From an uncultured Candidatus Saccharibacteria bacterium (GTDB lineage: Bacteria > Patescibacteriota > Minisyncoccia > Phycocordibacterales > UBA9973): 64,000 nt of DNA. This document shows positions 38,084 through 47,794 of the stretch, one piece after another. The stretch is taken from NCBI GenBank assembly GCA_964606285.1, contig CAZSFP010000003.1, positions 20,967-84,966 of the forward strand, written 5' to 3'. The position numbers were made by a program, and so were the translations under genes. The notes below the pieces were generated by a model, which was given only the letters and a program-made list of their open reading frames with translations, searched no databases and was not told the origin of the DNA. Each line of letters starts with the position of its first letter. The stretch's first letter is position 1.

Positions 38084-40672
38084 TTATTCCGTAACCATTA
38101 TATTTTTTTCTATAACTGCTTTGTTGTAAACAGTATCATATCCAGTGACACGAAGCGTATGTGAGCCGACAGAGAGAGAATAATTTTGTGGAGAGATGGA
38201 TGTCGTGAATGACATGTTTTCCAGAGTGGTGATGTAGATGTCATCGATGAAGATCATCACTTTTTTCAAAGGATAGGTTCCTTGACTGGTTGTCGTCACG
38301 GACATTTGTCCATTCATTGAAACTGTTTCAAGTGGAAATGTAGTAATGGTGAGATGTGGTTGTGTTGCTGGTGTGTGAACGTCATCGTATCCAGCTGGTA
38401 AATTTGCTTCAGTGATATATGGATAATTTCCACTGTGCGATGCCCACCAATTTTGAATTGGAATATTCCAACGACTAAATTGATTATCATCATCACTTGG
38501 AGTTTTTGGTGTTCGTGGTGCAGTCTTGTTGACCCAGTAAAGAATACTTTTGACATTGGTAATCACTTTCTCTGATCGAGTTTCTGGGGGAGTAAATTCG
38601 GTTGCACGTTTACCGGAAATTGTATCAATGACGACAGATGTGCCGCCTTGCCAGAGTCCACGGACAACGGGTGGAACGGTGTAGTCGACTGGTGCTGGGA
38701 TATATTTTTCAAACGGTTCTTTTGGTAGGGTTGGGAGAACATCCGCGAGGAATCGATGAAGGATTGGACCAGCGAGCGCGGAACCCCCTTTTTTCATTGG
38801 GACATTGTCATTGTTTCCAGCCCAGACACCAACAGCGATGTTCGGTGTGTATGCCATCGTCCATGCGTCTTTGTTATCGTTGGTCGTACCAGTTTTTGCC
38901 GCGACTTGGTAGCCAGGGAAGTTGAGTGCAGAGTTCGCACCAAATGTTGGAATGCGGGCGGTGTTGTCGGACATGACGTCGGAGAGCATGAGAACAGCAT
39001 TTTTGTCGAAAACCTGAGACGCATGCGAAGTAAATGCTTCGACGATGTCTCCTTTTTGATTTTTTATTTCGAGAATACCAGTTGCGGGATTGCGGACGCC
39101 AGAGTTGGCAAAGACGCTGTAGCCACTGGTCATGTCGAGAAGCGAGACTTCGGCGCCTCCGATCACGAGTGTGAGGCCATATCGAGCAGCACCTTCAAGT
39201 GAAGTGATACCAGCATCACGTGCGGTTTTGAGAGCATTGTTGATACCAACGAGATACAACATTTTGACTGCGGGGATGTTGCGTGATTCGGCGAGTGCAG
39301 AACGAAGTGAAATCGGACCTTTGTACGCATTGTCGAAGTTGTCCGGCATATAACAATCCGTTTTCTTGTGTCCGGGAAGCGGACTGCCGTACGCATTACA
39401 TGCAGAACTGAATTCTGTGGGGAGATCAAAGACCACGGTCTCTGGTTGATAACCCATGGAGAATGCAGTTTCGTAAATGAATGGTTTGAATGCAGATCCT
39501 GGTTGACGAAGTGCAGTCGCGACGTTGAAATTACCATCGACAGTAGTATCGAAATAATCGCGCGATCCGACCATGGCGAGAATTTGTCCGGTTTTTGGAT
39601 CGATAGCAACAAGTGCAGCGTTCTTGCCGTTGAAATCTTTTTCGTTTTTGAGTGCTTGATCTTTGACGATGGTTTCAGCTTTTGCTTGCATGGTTGCATC
39701 GATTGTTGTTATGACTGAAAGTCCTCCAGACGTAACTGTTTCAATACCGTATTTTTTCTCGAGGTAATCCTTTATATAAAACACAAAGTGTGGCGCGATA
39801 ATATGTGATTTTGCGTTCAGACGGAAAGTGACCTGTTCTTGTTTTGCGGCGGTGTGTTCTTCGGTGGTGATGAAACCAACTTCTTTCATGCGATCAAGAA
39901 CGAGATTTTTTCGAGCCTCGAGACGGTCTTTATTTTTTCCAAATGGAGAATAAAACGTCGGTGCTTTTGGAATTGCCGCAAGGTATGCTGCTTCAGCAAG
40001 AGTCAGATCTTTTGCACTTTTACCAAAATAGAGTTTTGAAGCTTCTTCGATGCCATAAACGGTACCGCCATATGGAGATTCATTGAGATAGAGTTCGAGA
40101 ATCTGTTCCTTGGTTAGACTTCGTTCAAGCTTGATAGAAATAATCCATTCCTTGAGTTTGCGGGTGATGGTTTTATCTGTCGTCAGTAGTGTATTTTTGA
40201 CGATCTGTTGTGTGAGTGTGGAACCGCCCTGGGAGAATGAACCGCTGGCGAGGTTGGCAAGAACAGCACGAATGATCGATAATGGACGAATACCTTGGTG
40301 ATTCCAGAATTCAGTATCTTCGATGGCGACCGTTGCGTTCTTTATATAGACACCCATGTCAGCATACGGAATACTGGTGCGTTTGATGTCAGAATGGACA
40401 TCATAGAGGAGAATCTTGCCGGTACGATCGTAGATCTTTGTCGAATTGATGACCTGTCGTTCATCAAAGGCTTTGAAATCCGGCATACGGAGTGTGCCGA
40501 TCCAGACGAGAAGAATACTTGCGCCAATGATGCCAATGCCGACGATAGCAAGAGCGATGTTTTTCAGTGCATGTTTTATTCCGTGTTTAAAGCCGAAAAC
40601 ACTCAAAAATTTCTTTTCGATGTGTGCTGCTATTTTTTTGAAATGATGCCAAGCTTTTTTTACTATTTTCAT
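38084..40672 (-). CDS. Class A penicillin-binding protein (transglycosylase-transpeptidase)
   Basis: EDTEF..H.G, GGSTLTQQ, RKLKE, QPGSAFKP, SRN, KTGTT. Confidence 0.95.
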   Translation of the reverse strand: MKIVKKAWHHFKKIAAHIEKKFLSVFGFKHGIKHALKNIALAIVGIGIIGASILLVWIGTLRMPDFKAFDERQVINSTKIYDRTGKILLYDVHSDIKRTSIPYADMGVYIKNATVAIEDTEFWNHQGIRPLSIIRAVLANLASGSFSQGGSTLTQQIVKNTLLTTDKTITRKLKEWIISIKLERSLTKEQILELYLNESPYGGTVYGIEEASKLYFGKSAKDLTLAEAAYLAAIPKAPTFYSPFGKNKDRLEARKNLVLDRMKEVGFITTEEHTAAKQEQVTFRLNAKSHIIAPHFVFYIKDYLEKKYGIETVTSGGLSVITTIDATMQAKAETIVKDQALKNEKDFNGKNAALVAIDPKTGQILAMVGSRDYFDTTVDGNFNVATALRQPGSAFKPFIYETAFSMGYQPETVVFDLPTEFSSACNAYGSPLPGHKKTDCYMPDNFDNAYKGPISLRSALAESRNIPAVKMLYLVGINNALKTARDAGITSLEGAARYGLTLVIGGAEVSLLDMTSGYSVFANSGVRNPATGILEIKNQKGDIVEAFTSHASQVFDKNAVLMLSDVMSDNTARIPTFGANSALNFPGYQVAAKTGTTNDNKDAWTMAYTPNIAVGVWAGNNDNVPMKKGGSALAGPILHRFLADVLPTLPKEPFEKYIPAPVDYTVPPVVRGLWQGGTSVVIDTISGKRATEFTPPETRSEKVITNVKSILYWVNKTAPRTPKTPSDDDNQFSRWNIPIQNWWASHSGNYPYITEANLPAGYDDVHTPATQPHLTITTFPLETVSMNGQMSVTTTSQGTYPLKKVMIFIDDIYITTLENMSFTTSISPQNYSLSVGSHTLRVTGYDTVYNKAVIEKNIMVTE

Positions 40673-40792
40673 TCCGTTAGAAGTAGATCACGATCATTGT
40701 TCGTGTGTCTACATATTGATTAAAAGTAATAATAGATTCTCGTTGCATATAATTGATATCCCGTTGTGATCGTGACTTCTAACGGAATTCAT
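40668..40792. mobile_element. MITE-like element at the PBP start codon
   Basis: Terminal IRs TCCGTTAGAAGT(AGA)TCACGATCA / TGATCGTGACTTCTAACGGA flanked by TTCAT direct repeats. Confidence 0.7.
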
Positions 40793-40856
40793 ATTGTAAA
40801 TCATACCACATCAGGATATTTCATGAACGCGGATGCTGTGATACTATAGACGCATC

Positions 40857-42065
40857 ATGACCCATATCGTTACAGATGAAAGTGCTATAGATGCAGTTCT
40901 TGATCGAGGGATTATTTCAAGTATTTTGCCGAGTAAGGAAGAATTCAAAAAAGTGCTCATGTCCGGAAAGAAATTGAAAATCTATATCGGCTTTGATGCG
41001 ACGGCCGACACCCTCCATTTGAGTCACGCAAAAAATCTTCTCCTCCTCGAAGATTTTCGAAGACTTGGACACGAAGCAATTCTTCTCTTTGGTGACTTCA
41101 CTGCCCGCATCGGTGATCCATCTGACCAGGTCGGCACACGATCGATCCTCACTGAAGCACAAGTACTCGCCAATATTAAAAGCTGGAAACGACAGATAAA
41201 AAATCTCCTCAATTTTTCGTGGTTTGGAAACGGAACAAAAGTGAAACAAAACAGTGCATGGCTGTCCAAACTCAATTTTTCAGATGTCCTTTCACTTGCA
41301 GCAAAAGTCACAGTCCAGCAAATGATCGAGCGCGATATGTTTCAAAAACGTCTCAAAGATGGCAAACATATTTTTCTCCATGAATTCATGTACCCACTCA
41401 TGCAGGGGTATGACAGTGTTGCGATGGATGTCGACGTGGAACTCTGCGGCACCGATCAAACATTCAATGCACTCATGGGACGGACATTGCTTCGAAAAAT
41501 AAAAAACAAAGAGAAATTTGTGGTGACGGTTAATCTCATGGAGAATCCGAAAACCGGTGAACTCATGTCCAAGAGTCGCGGCACTGGAGTATTTCTCAAT
41601 ACGAGTCCATCGGAAATGTTCGGGGCAGTCATGGCACAGCCGGATGAGATGATTGAAATACTTCTCATAAACTGTACGAGAATTTCAAAAGAAGATCTAC
41701 AAAGTATTCTTGCTCTCGGTCCACTGGAAGCAAAAAAGAAAACGGCAGCGGAAATAGTCCGTGTTGTATTTGGGGACAGTGATGCAGAAAAAGCACAGGA
41801 AAATTTCACTCAGGCATTCCAGAAAAAAGAAATTCCAGATGAACTCGAACAAGTAGTAGCTGGTATGGGAGAAAAATTGATGGATGTTATCGTCCGCGCA
41901 AATATTGTCGAATCAAAAGGGGAGTTCCGTCGTCTCGTAGAAGCAGGCGCAGTTACTGATCTCGAAACAGAAGAAAAAATTACTGATGCGAACACCATTG
42001 TGTCTTCTTCTCAAAAATTGAAAATCGGCAAACGGAGATTTGTTGAAATACAAATTAAAAAGTAA
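40857..42065 (+). CDS. tyrS: Tyrosine-tRNA ligase
   Basis: GFDATA..LHLSH, YPLMQGYD, GTDQ.FN, LMSKS, C-terminal S4-like domain. Confidence 0.96.
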   Translation: MTHIVTDESAIDAVLDRGIISSILPSKEEFKKVLMSGKKLKIYIGFDATADTLHLSHAKNLLLLEDFRRLGHEAILLFGDFTARIGDPSDQVGTRSILTEAQVLANIKSWKRQIKNLLNFSWFGNGTKVKQNSAWLSKLNFSDVLSLAAKVTVQQMIERDMFQKRLKDGKHIFLHEFMYPLMQGYDSVAMDVDVELCGTDQTFNALMGRTLLRKIKNKEKFVVTVNLMENPKTGELMSKSRGTGVFLNTSPSEMFGAVMAQPDEMIEILLINCTRISKEDLQSILALGPLEAKKKTAAEIVRVVFGDSDAEKAQENFTQAFQKKEIPDELEQVVAGMGEKLMDVIVRANIVESKGEFRRLVEAGAVTDLETEEKITDANTIVSSSQKLKIGKRRFVEIQIKK

Positions 42066-42121
42066 TTTTTTCTTAATTAAAATAAAAATACCGCGGCCAT
42101 CGCGGTATTTTTATTTATATA

Positions 42122-42376
42122 TTATTCTGCTTCTTCCTCTTCTTCAACTCCACCAATGATATCTGCTGGAATTTCTTCATCTTCGTCGTCCAAGAGATCA
42201 TCGCCTATGTCGCTACCAGTATCGTCTTCATCAGTGATGTCATCGTCTGACATTTTTTTCTTTCGATCATCTATTTCATCTTCTTCGACATAGCCAAATC
42301 CTGAAGCGAGATCGTTGTCTGAGACAACATCTGCCCCTTCTCCAAATTCACTCATGTGTTCGTCATAATACGACAT
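42122..42376 (-). CDS. Small highly acidic protein
   Basis: D/E-rich 84-aa ORF. Confidence 0.55.
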   Translation of the reverse strand: MSYYDEHMSEFGEGADVVSDNDLASGFGYVEEDEIDDRKKKMSDDDITDEDDTGSDIGDDLLDDEDEEIPADIIGGVEEEEEAE

Positions 42377-42512
42377 AATACAAATTAAAATTATTTTATG
42401 AAACAGTTGTATCAAATTCTCTATCGCAATGCAAGCTTTTTCTTTTCCACAGAACAACCAGACGCGAAGCCGCCTGTGGTGATATACTTTTGGTACTAAT
42501 TATCTTTACATT

Positions 42513-42812
42513 ATGTCTCAGCTTTCAACGCACAAAAAAATTCTTCTTGCACTGTTTGTCGTTCTTCTTGTTGGTCTTGCTGCGTTTGTGTATATAAAGT
42601 ATCGACAGCAACATGAAAATGGATCACGGCCGCTCACTGAAGAGCAAAAAGCCGCAATTCTTGCACAATTGGCTGAGGAAAATGACGCACCACCGTTAAC
42701 TGATACACAAAAGACTCAAATTTTGACACAAATTCAAAAAGAACAAAAAAATCCACCGCTCACTGAAGAGCAAAAAGCCGCAATTCTTCTTCAGTTGAGT
42801 CAGGGGAATTAA
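42513..42812 (+). CDS. Membrane-anchored protein with 3 PLT(E/D) repeats
   Basis: N-terminal TM; identical 33-bp DNA repeat at 42630 and 42756. Confidence 0.7.
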   Translation: MSQLSTHKKILLALFVVLLVGLAAFVYIKYRQQHENGSRPLTEEQKAAILAQLAEENDAPPLTDTQKTQILTQIQKEQKNPPLTEEQKAAILLQLSQGN

Positions 42813-42818
42813 CCGACA

Positions 42819-44012
42819 ATGTTCAAAAAACTCTTTATTTTCATAGGTTGTATCGCACTCCTCTTTAGTGTTGCCAAGGTTTCTCATGCAGCACAGGTGA
42901 CCGGCTACGCATGGTCAGGAAATATCGGATGGATCAATATGTCTGGTGTGACGATCAATGACCAAACTGGTGCATTTTCCGGTTATGCATGGTCACCGAA
43001 TATCGGATGGATCAATTTTGGATTGACTGGAGTTACTATGGCGGGAGGAACAAATCCCGGCATTCATGCAGTTACCGGTTTTGCCCGTGCATGCACACCG
43101 GCCACCACAGGTCCTGGATCAGGACAATTTTGTAACGACACAGGTAACAGTACCGGATATGGTTCACCAACCAGTGATACCAATACCAACGGGTGGGGAG
43201 GATGGATCAGTATGAGTGGTTCAAATCCAACCTATGGCGTTTCTATAAACATTAACTCATCTGGTCTCGGGACATTTTCTGGATATGCTTGGGGTGACGA
43301 TGTGATTGGTTGGATAAATTTTGCAACAGCAGCACCTATAACTGCACAATTCCCTACAAGTACTATTGGTTGTATGGATCCAATGGCAACAAACTACAAT
43401 CCAAACGCAACGACACCAGGGATGTGTGCTTATGATATTCTAGGCTGTACCAACCCTATAGCAACAAACTACAACCCACAAGCAACAGTTGATGATGGTT
43501 CATGTATCCTTCCTCAAAATTCATCAACGGTTCTTCTCGGAAATGGTCTACCGAATGCTGTAACAGTTTGTGAGGATAAGTTCAATTTTAGTCTTACATG
43601 GCAAAGCCAAAACGTCTCTTCGTGTGTTGTCGGCTCAGGAAACACAGGCCCGTGGCCACCGACGTATAGCAGTACTGTCGGATCAAATGTGACACCGACA
43701 ACAGTTCTCTCTGGTCCGTACTATACGGTCAATCCTGGTGTCTATACTTATGCGATGTCATGTGTTCCGACAGCCACAAGCGCACTCATCCTCACCGTGC
43801 TTCCAAAGACCGATCCAATGTGTGCGCCACCGATTACAGGTTGTATGGATCCAAACGCGACAAACTATAATCCACTAGCAACAATTGCGAATAATGCGCT
43901 CTGTACATATCCAAACAATGTCTGTCCCGCATCAGCACTGAATGCCGGTCAAGCGCCGCCATGTCAGTATCCACAAGGCCCTGGAGGACGTCCGATCTAT
44001 ATTGAAAACTAA
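42819..44012 (+). CDS. Secreted surface protein (GYAWS..IGWI repeats; GC(M/T)(D/N)P.ATNYNP repeats)
   Basis: Signal peptide; repeated motifs visible in the translation. Confidence 0.8.
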   Translation: MFKKLFIFIGCIALLFSVAKVSHAAQVTGYAWSGNIGWINMSGVTINDQTGAFSGYAWSPNIGWINFGLTGVTMAGGTNPGIHAVTGFARACTPATTGPGSGQFCNDTGNSTGYGSPTSDTNTNGWGGWISMSGSNPTYGVSININSSGLGTFSGYAWGDDVIGWINFATAAPITAQFPTSTIGCMDPMATNYNPNATTPGMCAYDILGCTNPIATNYNPQATVDDGSCILPQNSSTVLLGNGLPNAVTVCEDKFNFSLTWQSQNVSSCVVGSGNTGPWPPTYSSTVGSNVTPTTVLSGPYYTVNPGVYTYAMSCVPTATSALILTVLPKTDPMCAPPITGCMDPNATNYNPLATIANNALCTYPNNVCPASALNAGQAPPCQYPQGPGGRPIYIEN

Positions 44013-44034
44013 TTATCAGCTATACTACAAACAT

Positions 44035-45768
44035 ATGAAACACATCACATCACAATTGAAAGTCACGGTAAAAGTTCTTACGATCGCAATCGTCCTTTTG
44101 CTTGGTACACACATTGCACGTGCAGCAGTCTCTCCGCAGTTCAATCCGCCGACAGGTGCTCCATCCGCAGGAACAAATGTGTATCCTCCAATTCATGAGG
44201 GTGCACAAGCTCAGACAAAGAATGGCGACCTTACTATTGGTATCGGAAACTTTCTCGGTGGAAAAACAATCAAAGGTGACTTTGTGAAAGGTGTGTGGGC
44301 GATGCTTGCGCCAATGATTATTTCAAGTGATGCGAACGGATTTGTTTCAAGTCCAAAATATTGTCTTCCGACACCAGCGCAAACAACAGCCGCAGATTAT
44401 GCACAAAACTGTATTACTACATGGCCAACGGGAGGTAACTTGCCTGCAGGTCAAAACAACCAAACACTTCGACACAATGGTACAACATGGGTTGCAAGCG
44501 ATGCAATCAAAAATATCGTCACACCTGTTCCGTCTGTCCAAATTCTTTTGAACGGCAAAGGTATTGTCGTAAACGGTAACAATGGCGGAACACAAATCGT
44601 TGACGGTACTGCTCCTACGACACAACCACAGTTTCTAACTCGATCGTCGCTGAACGGTGGCTATGCAACATGGGGCCCTGGTTTACCTATGGGAACAATA
44701 AATCAAACAATGCGTCATGATGGAACAAATTGGCTTGCTGACTCTCTTTTGAAAAACAATGGAACAAATCTTGTGAATATTAGTGATCCAGCTTCACCAA
44801 TTCCACCAATTAACCCACCCGTTCCAACTCTTTTGGTTAGTGGTAATGTTGTTGCATTTGATGTTCCGCCGTCAAACTCAAACCCACCAATCACTGGATA
44901 TAGATATGTTAAAGAAATGACGAACACAAGTCCTGTTGTTCAAATAACTGGGTCAAATGATACTCCAGAACTCATAAATTATTGGCAAAATCTTGGTCAG
45001 GGAGGATTTTTCTTGGGAGTAACGGGTCCTGTCAATACCGCCCTTCAGGCGGCACGAATCAGTGGTCCTTGTACTGATGCAACATATGGTGAAACCATTC
45101 CTGCTGGACAAAACTATACACTTGCTCAGACACTCAACTGTAATGATGCTTCATATACTATTACAAACTCTCAGGATACTCGACCGTACGTCTATGAACT
45201 CTACTCTCAGAGAACTGTTCATTCAGGTAGTAATGGATATGTGGAATATATTTTTAAAGCAAATCGATATAAAAGGGAAGCAATATACGGCCAAACACCA
45301 ACGTCTACAGGAGGAACACTTTTTGCTGTTCATGGACAATTTAGTGATCTCAATAGTTCAGCCCCTCTTTCACAAAGTAGTAATGGTGTTTGTTCTGACG
45401 CAAACGGAAAATTGATCCGATGTGCGATTGAAATACCTCAACCAGAACCTCTTGATATCAAGTATGTTCGTCATTCCTGGAGTGATATAAGTTCAAATTC
45501 TTCCAGATATGTATTTTGTCCAAGCTCATACAAGGCAATTGCGGCAAGTTGTGACACTGAAAAAGGAACGCAAGTATGTCAGGTGTACCCTGCTGTAGAT
45601 GGAGAGTTCGGTGTCGGAAGTTGGCCGGTGACAGCAAGTAATGCGTCATTTGCTACAGGAACAGCATGGTCTTCTAGCGGGGTCTATACAGGACGATCGG
45701 GTGGAGAAGTGCAGTGTGATCAAGATAATTGCGATGTCCACATTCAAATTACCTGCGTGATGCCATAA
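44035..45768 (+). CDS. Secreted fibre/adhesin-like protein
   Basis: PT.AP...NV.PPI N-terminus; LP.G..NQT.RH.GT.W repeats; Cys-rich C-terminus. Confidence 0.7.
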   Translation: MKHITSQLKVTVKVLTIAIVLLLGTHIARAAVSPQFNPPTGAPSAGTNVYPPIHEGAQAQTKNGDLTIGIGNFLGGKTIKGDFVKGVWAMLAPMIISSDANGFVSSPKYCLPTPAQTTAADYAQNCITTWPTGGNLPAGQNNQTLRHNGTTWVASDAIKNIVTPVPSVQILLNGKGIVVNGNNGGTQIVDGTAPTTQPQFLTRSSLNGGYATWGPGLPMGTINQTMRHDGTNWLADSLLKNNGTNLVNISDPASPIPPINPPVPTLLVSGNVVAFDVPPSNSNPPITGYRYVKEMTNTSPVVQITGSNDTPELINYWQNLGQGGFFLGVTGPVNTALQAARISGPCTDATYGETIPAGQNYTLAQTLNCNDASYTITNSQDTRPYVYELYSQRTVHSGSNGYVEYIFKANRYKREAIYGQTPTSTGGTLFAVHGQFSDLNSSAPLSQSSNGVCSDANGKLIRCAIEIPQPEPLDIKYVRHSWSDISSNSSRYVFCPSSYKAIAASCDTEKGTQVCQVYPAVDGEFGVGSWPVTASNASFATGTAWSSSGVYTGRSGGEVQCDQDNCDVHIQITCVMP

Positions 45769-45895
45769 GAAACAAGAAATATAAAATCTATAAAAATCGC
45801 CTTATTCTGTAAGGCGATTTTTAGTTTTCCACAGAAACTTGCTTTTTTATGAAAAATTGGTATAATGATAATGAAATTATTTAAAAACAAGTGCC

Positions 45896-46516
45896 ATGAA
45901 AAAGTTTCTTTTAGCAGTATGTGTGATATTCACCATCTCTTTTTTCCCTCAAAATATTTTTGCTCAAAACCAAAATCCTATTGTTGAGGATATGACTGAT
46001 TATCCCAGCAATAACGATGTATCTTTTACAGTAGTTCTTGATGAAGCTACTGAAATGCCGACAGTTGTAACGGTAAAACATGCAACTGAACAATTGCCAA
46101 GCCCACTGGAATTGGTTGATTCTGTTTTTACCATCACCTCTCCGTTTTTTAATTTTACCATTGATGGTTTAAACGCAGGTAATTATTATTGCACATCTCT
46201 TTCATTTCAAAATGCGACAGGTCAACCGCTCCCGTATCAGTATTGTTTCTGGACGACCGAATCATCTGTTGGTGTTCAGGAAAACACTGCTGTTGAATTG
46301 AATATATATCCTAATCCTGCAAACGACCTGTTGTTTGTGCAATCAGAAATTGACAGTAAGATTTCTATTGCCGATATCCTTGGAAAGAATATTTTTCACA
46401 GGCAATCAAAAGAAATTGTTGAACGTATTGATATCAGAAACCTCCCTATGGGAGCATATTTTGTTACCGTAGAAAATACTCACGGCAAAACAATAAAAAA
46501 AGTACTTGTTCAATAA
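45896..46516 (+). CDS. Secreted protein with T9SS type A C-terminal sorting domain
   Basis: IYPNPAND...I.DILGK...IDIRNLPMGAYFV.V......KKV. Confidence 0.8.
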   Translation: MKKFLLAVCVIFTISFFPQNIFAQNQNPIVEDMTDYPSNNDVSFTVVLDEATEMPTVVTVKHATEQLPSPLELVDSVFTITSPFFNFTIDGLNAGNYYCTSLSFQNATGQPLPYQYCFWTTESSVGVQENTAVELNIYPNPANDLLFVQSEIDSKISIADILGKNIFHRQSKEIVERIDIRNLPMGAYFVTVENTHGKTIKKVLVQ

Positions 46517-46574
46517 TCTTATAGCCCTTTCCTAAAAAATTCCCCAATATTGTTTGGGGAATTTTTATTTGCAT

Positions 46575-46976
46575 TTATTTATCTAATACATCCAAACTCC
46601 AGGCGATGTCGCGAATGCGGGATTCGGAGAATTTCTTTTCATGCGTTTGGGCTTTTTGGATTTCCTCGACTTTTGGTTGTTCCTTGAGGGATTTGTTTTT
46701 TGGTTGTTTCCAGATAAAGAGTTTTCTTTGGAAAATATAGGTGAACCACGCTTCAACGATAAAAATAAACGGTTTTTCATTGACGCGATAGAACGTCAGG
46801 GCGATGGCAAAGGCAATGAGACCGAGCGCGAGGGGAATACCGAGAAATCCCGGCAGGATCCGATAGAGAATGTACGCGCCGCCTGCGCCGCCTGCGAGAT
46901 AGACGAATTGTCGAAACGTGAATGGTCCGAAAATCTTGTCTTCGACGTCGATGAATTGAGGAACGCGAAATTGCAT
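46575..46976 (-). CDS. PrgI family protein
   Basis: MQF.VPQFIDVEDKIFGP.T.RQF.Y. Confidence 0.85.
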   Translation of the reverse strand: MQFRVPQFIDVEDKIFGPFTFRQFVYLAGGAGGAYILYRILPGFLGIPLALGLIAFAIALTFYRVNEKPFIFIVEAWFTYIFQRKLFIWKQPKNKSLKEQPKVEEIQKAQTHEKKFSESRIRDIAWSLDVLDK

Positions 46977-47151
46977 ATGAATAGTATAGCAGGTGAAAAA
47001 CACGATACCAACTAGTACAGTAGTACGAGTACGTAGTATGTAGTATAAATTCCTAATACTTTGTACTATGTACTCATACTAAGTACTATTTTTTTTGACT
47101 ATCCACTACAACCTATAACCTATTACACTATTTTTCTGTTATACTTTTTGC

Positions 47152-47793
47152 ATGGCACTCTCCGCACAACGGACGCAAGATTTCGTTCCGATCAAAGAAG
47201 TGCGTGACGGCATCGTCGTGCTCAAAGACGGCGGTCTGCGCGCCATCGTCATGGGTTCATCGGTGAATTTGTCTCTCAAATCGTACGAAGAACAAAAGGC
47301 GACCATCATGCAATTCCAAGCGTTCCTCAACACGCTTGATTTTAGTACGCAAATTGTTGTTCAGTCTCGCCGTCTCGACATCCGTCCATACCTCCTCCTC
47401 CTCGAGGGTGAAATGGCGAAACAGGCAGAACCGCTTCTCAAAGTTCAGACCCGCGAATATATGGAATTCATTAAACAATTCAATGAAGAGGTCAACATCA
47501 TGACTAAACATTTTTTTATTGTTGTTCCATACAGTGAAGAAGCACTTCAATCAAGCGGTGCAGGGTCTGGGTTTTCATTGTCGTCCATATTTGGTGGCAA
47601 GGATGAAAGCAAGAAACAAATGCAAGCGAATTTTGAAGAAAAGCGCAATCAGCTCGAGCAGCGCATCGCAGTCATTCAACAAGGTCTCGGTCGTGTCGGG
47701 GTCAAATCCGAACAATTGACTACAGAGGCGGTGATCGAACTGTTTTACAAGACATTTAATCCTGGCGACAGTCAGGCGTCGGTCGGAAAATAA
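47152..47793 (+). CDS. TraC/VirB4-associated conserved protein
   Basis: TQDFVPIKEVRDG, LKS.EEQ.A, FLN.LDF; abuts the VirB4-like gene. Confidence 0.75.
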   Translation: MALSAQRTQDFVPIKEVRDGIVVLKDGGLRAIVMGSSVNLSLKSYEEQKATIMQFQAFLNTLDFSTQIVVQSRRLDIRPYLLLLEGEMAKQAEPLLKVQTREYMEFIKQFNEEVNIMTKHFFIVVPYSEEALQSSGAGSGFSLSSIFGGKDESKKQMQANFEEKRNQLEQRIAVIQQGLGRVGVKSEQLTTEAVIELFYKTFNPGDSQASVGK

Positions 47794-47794
47794 T

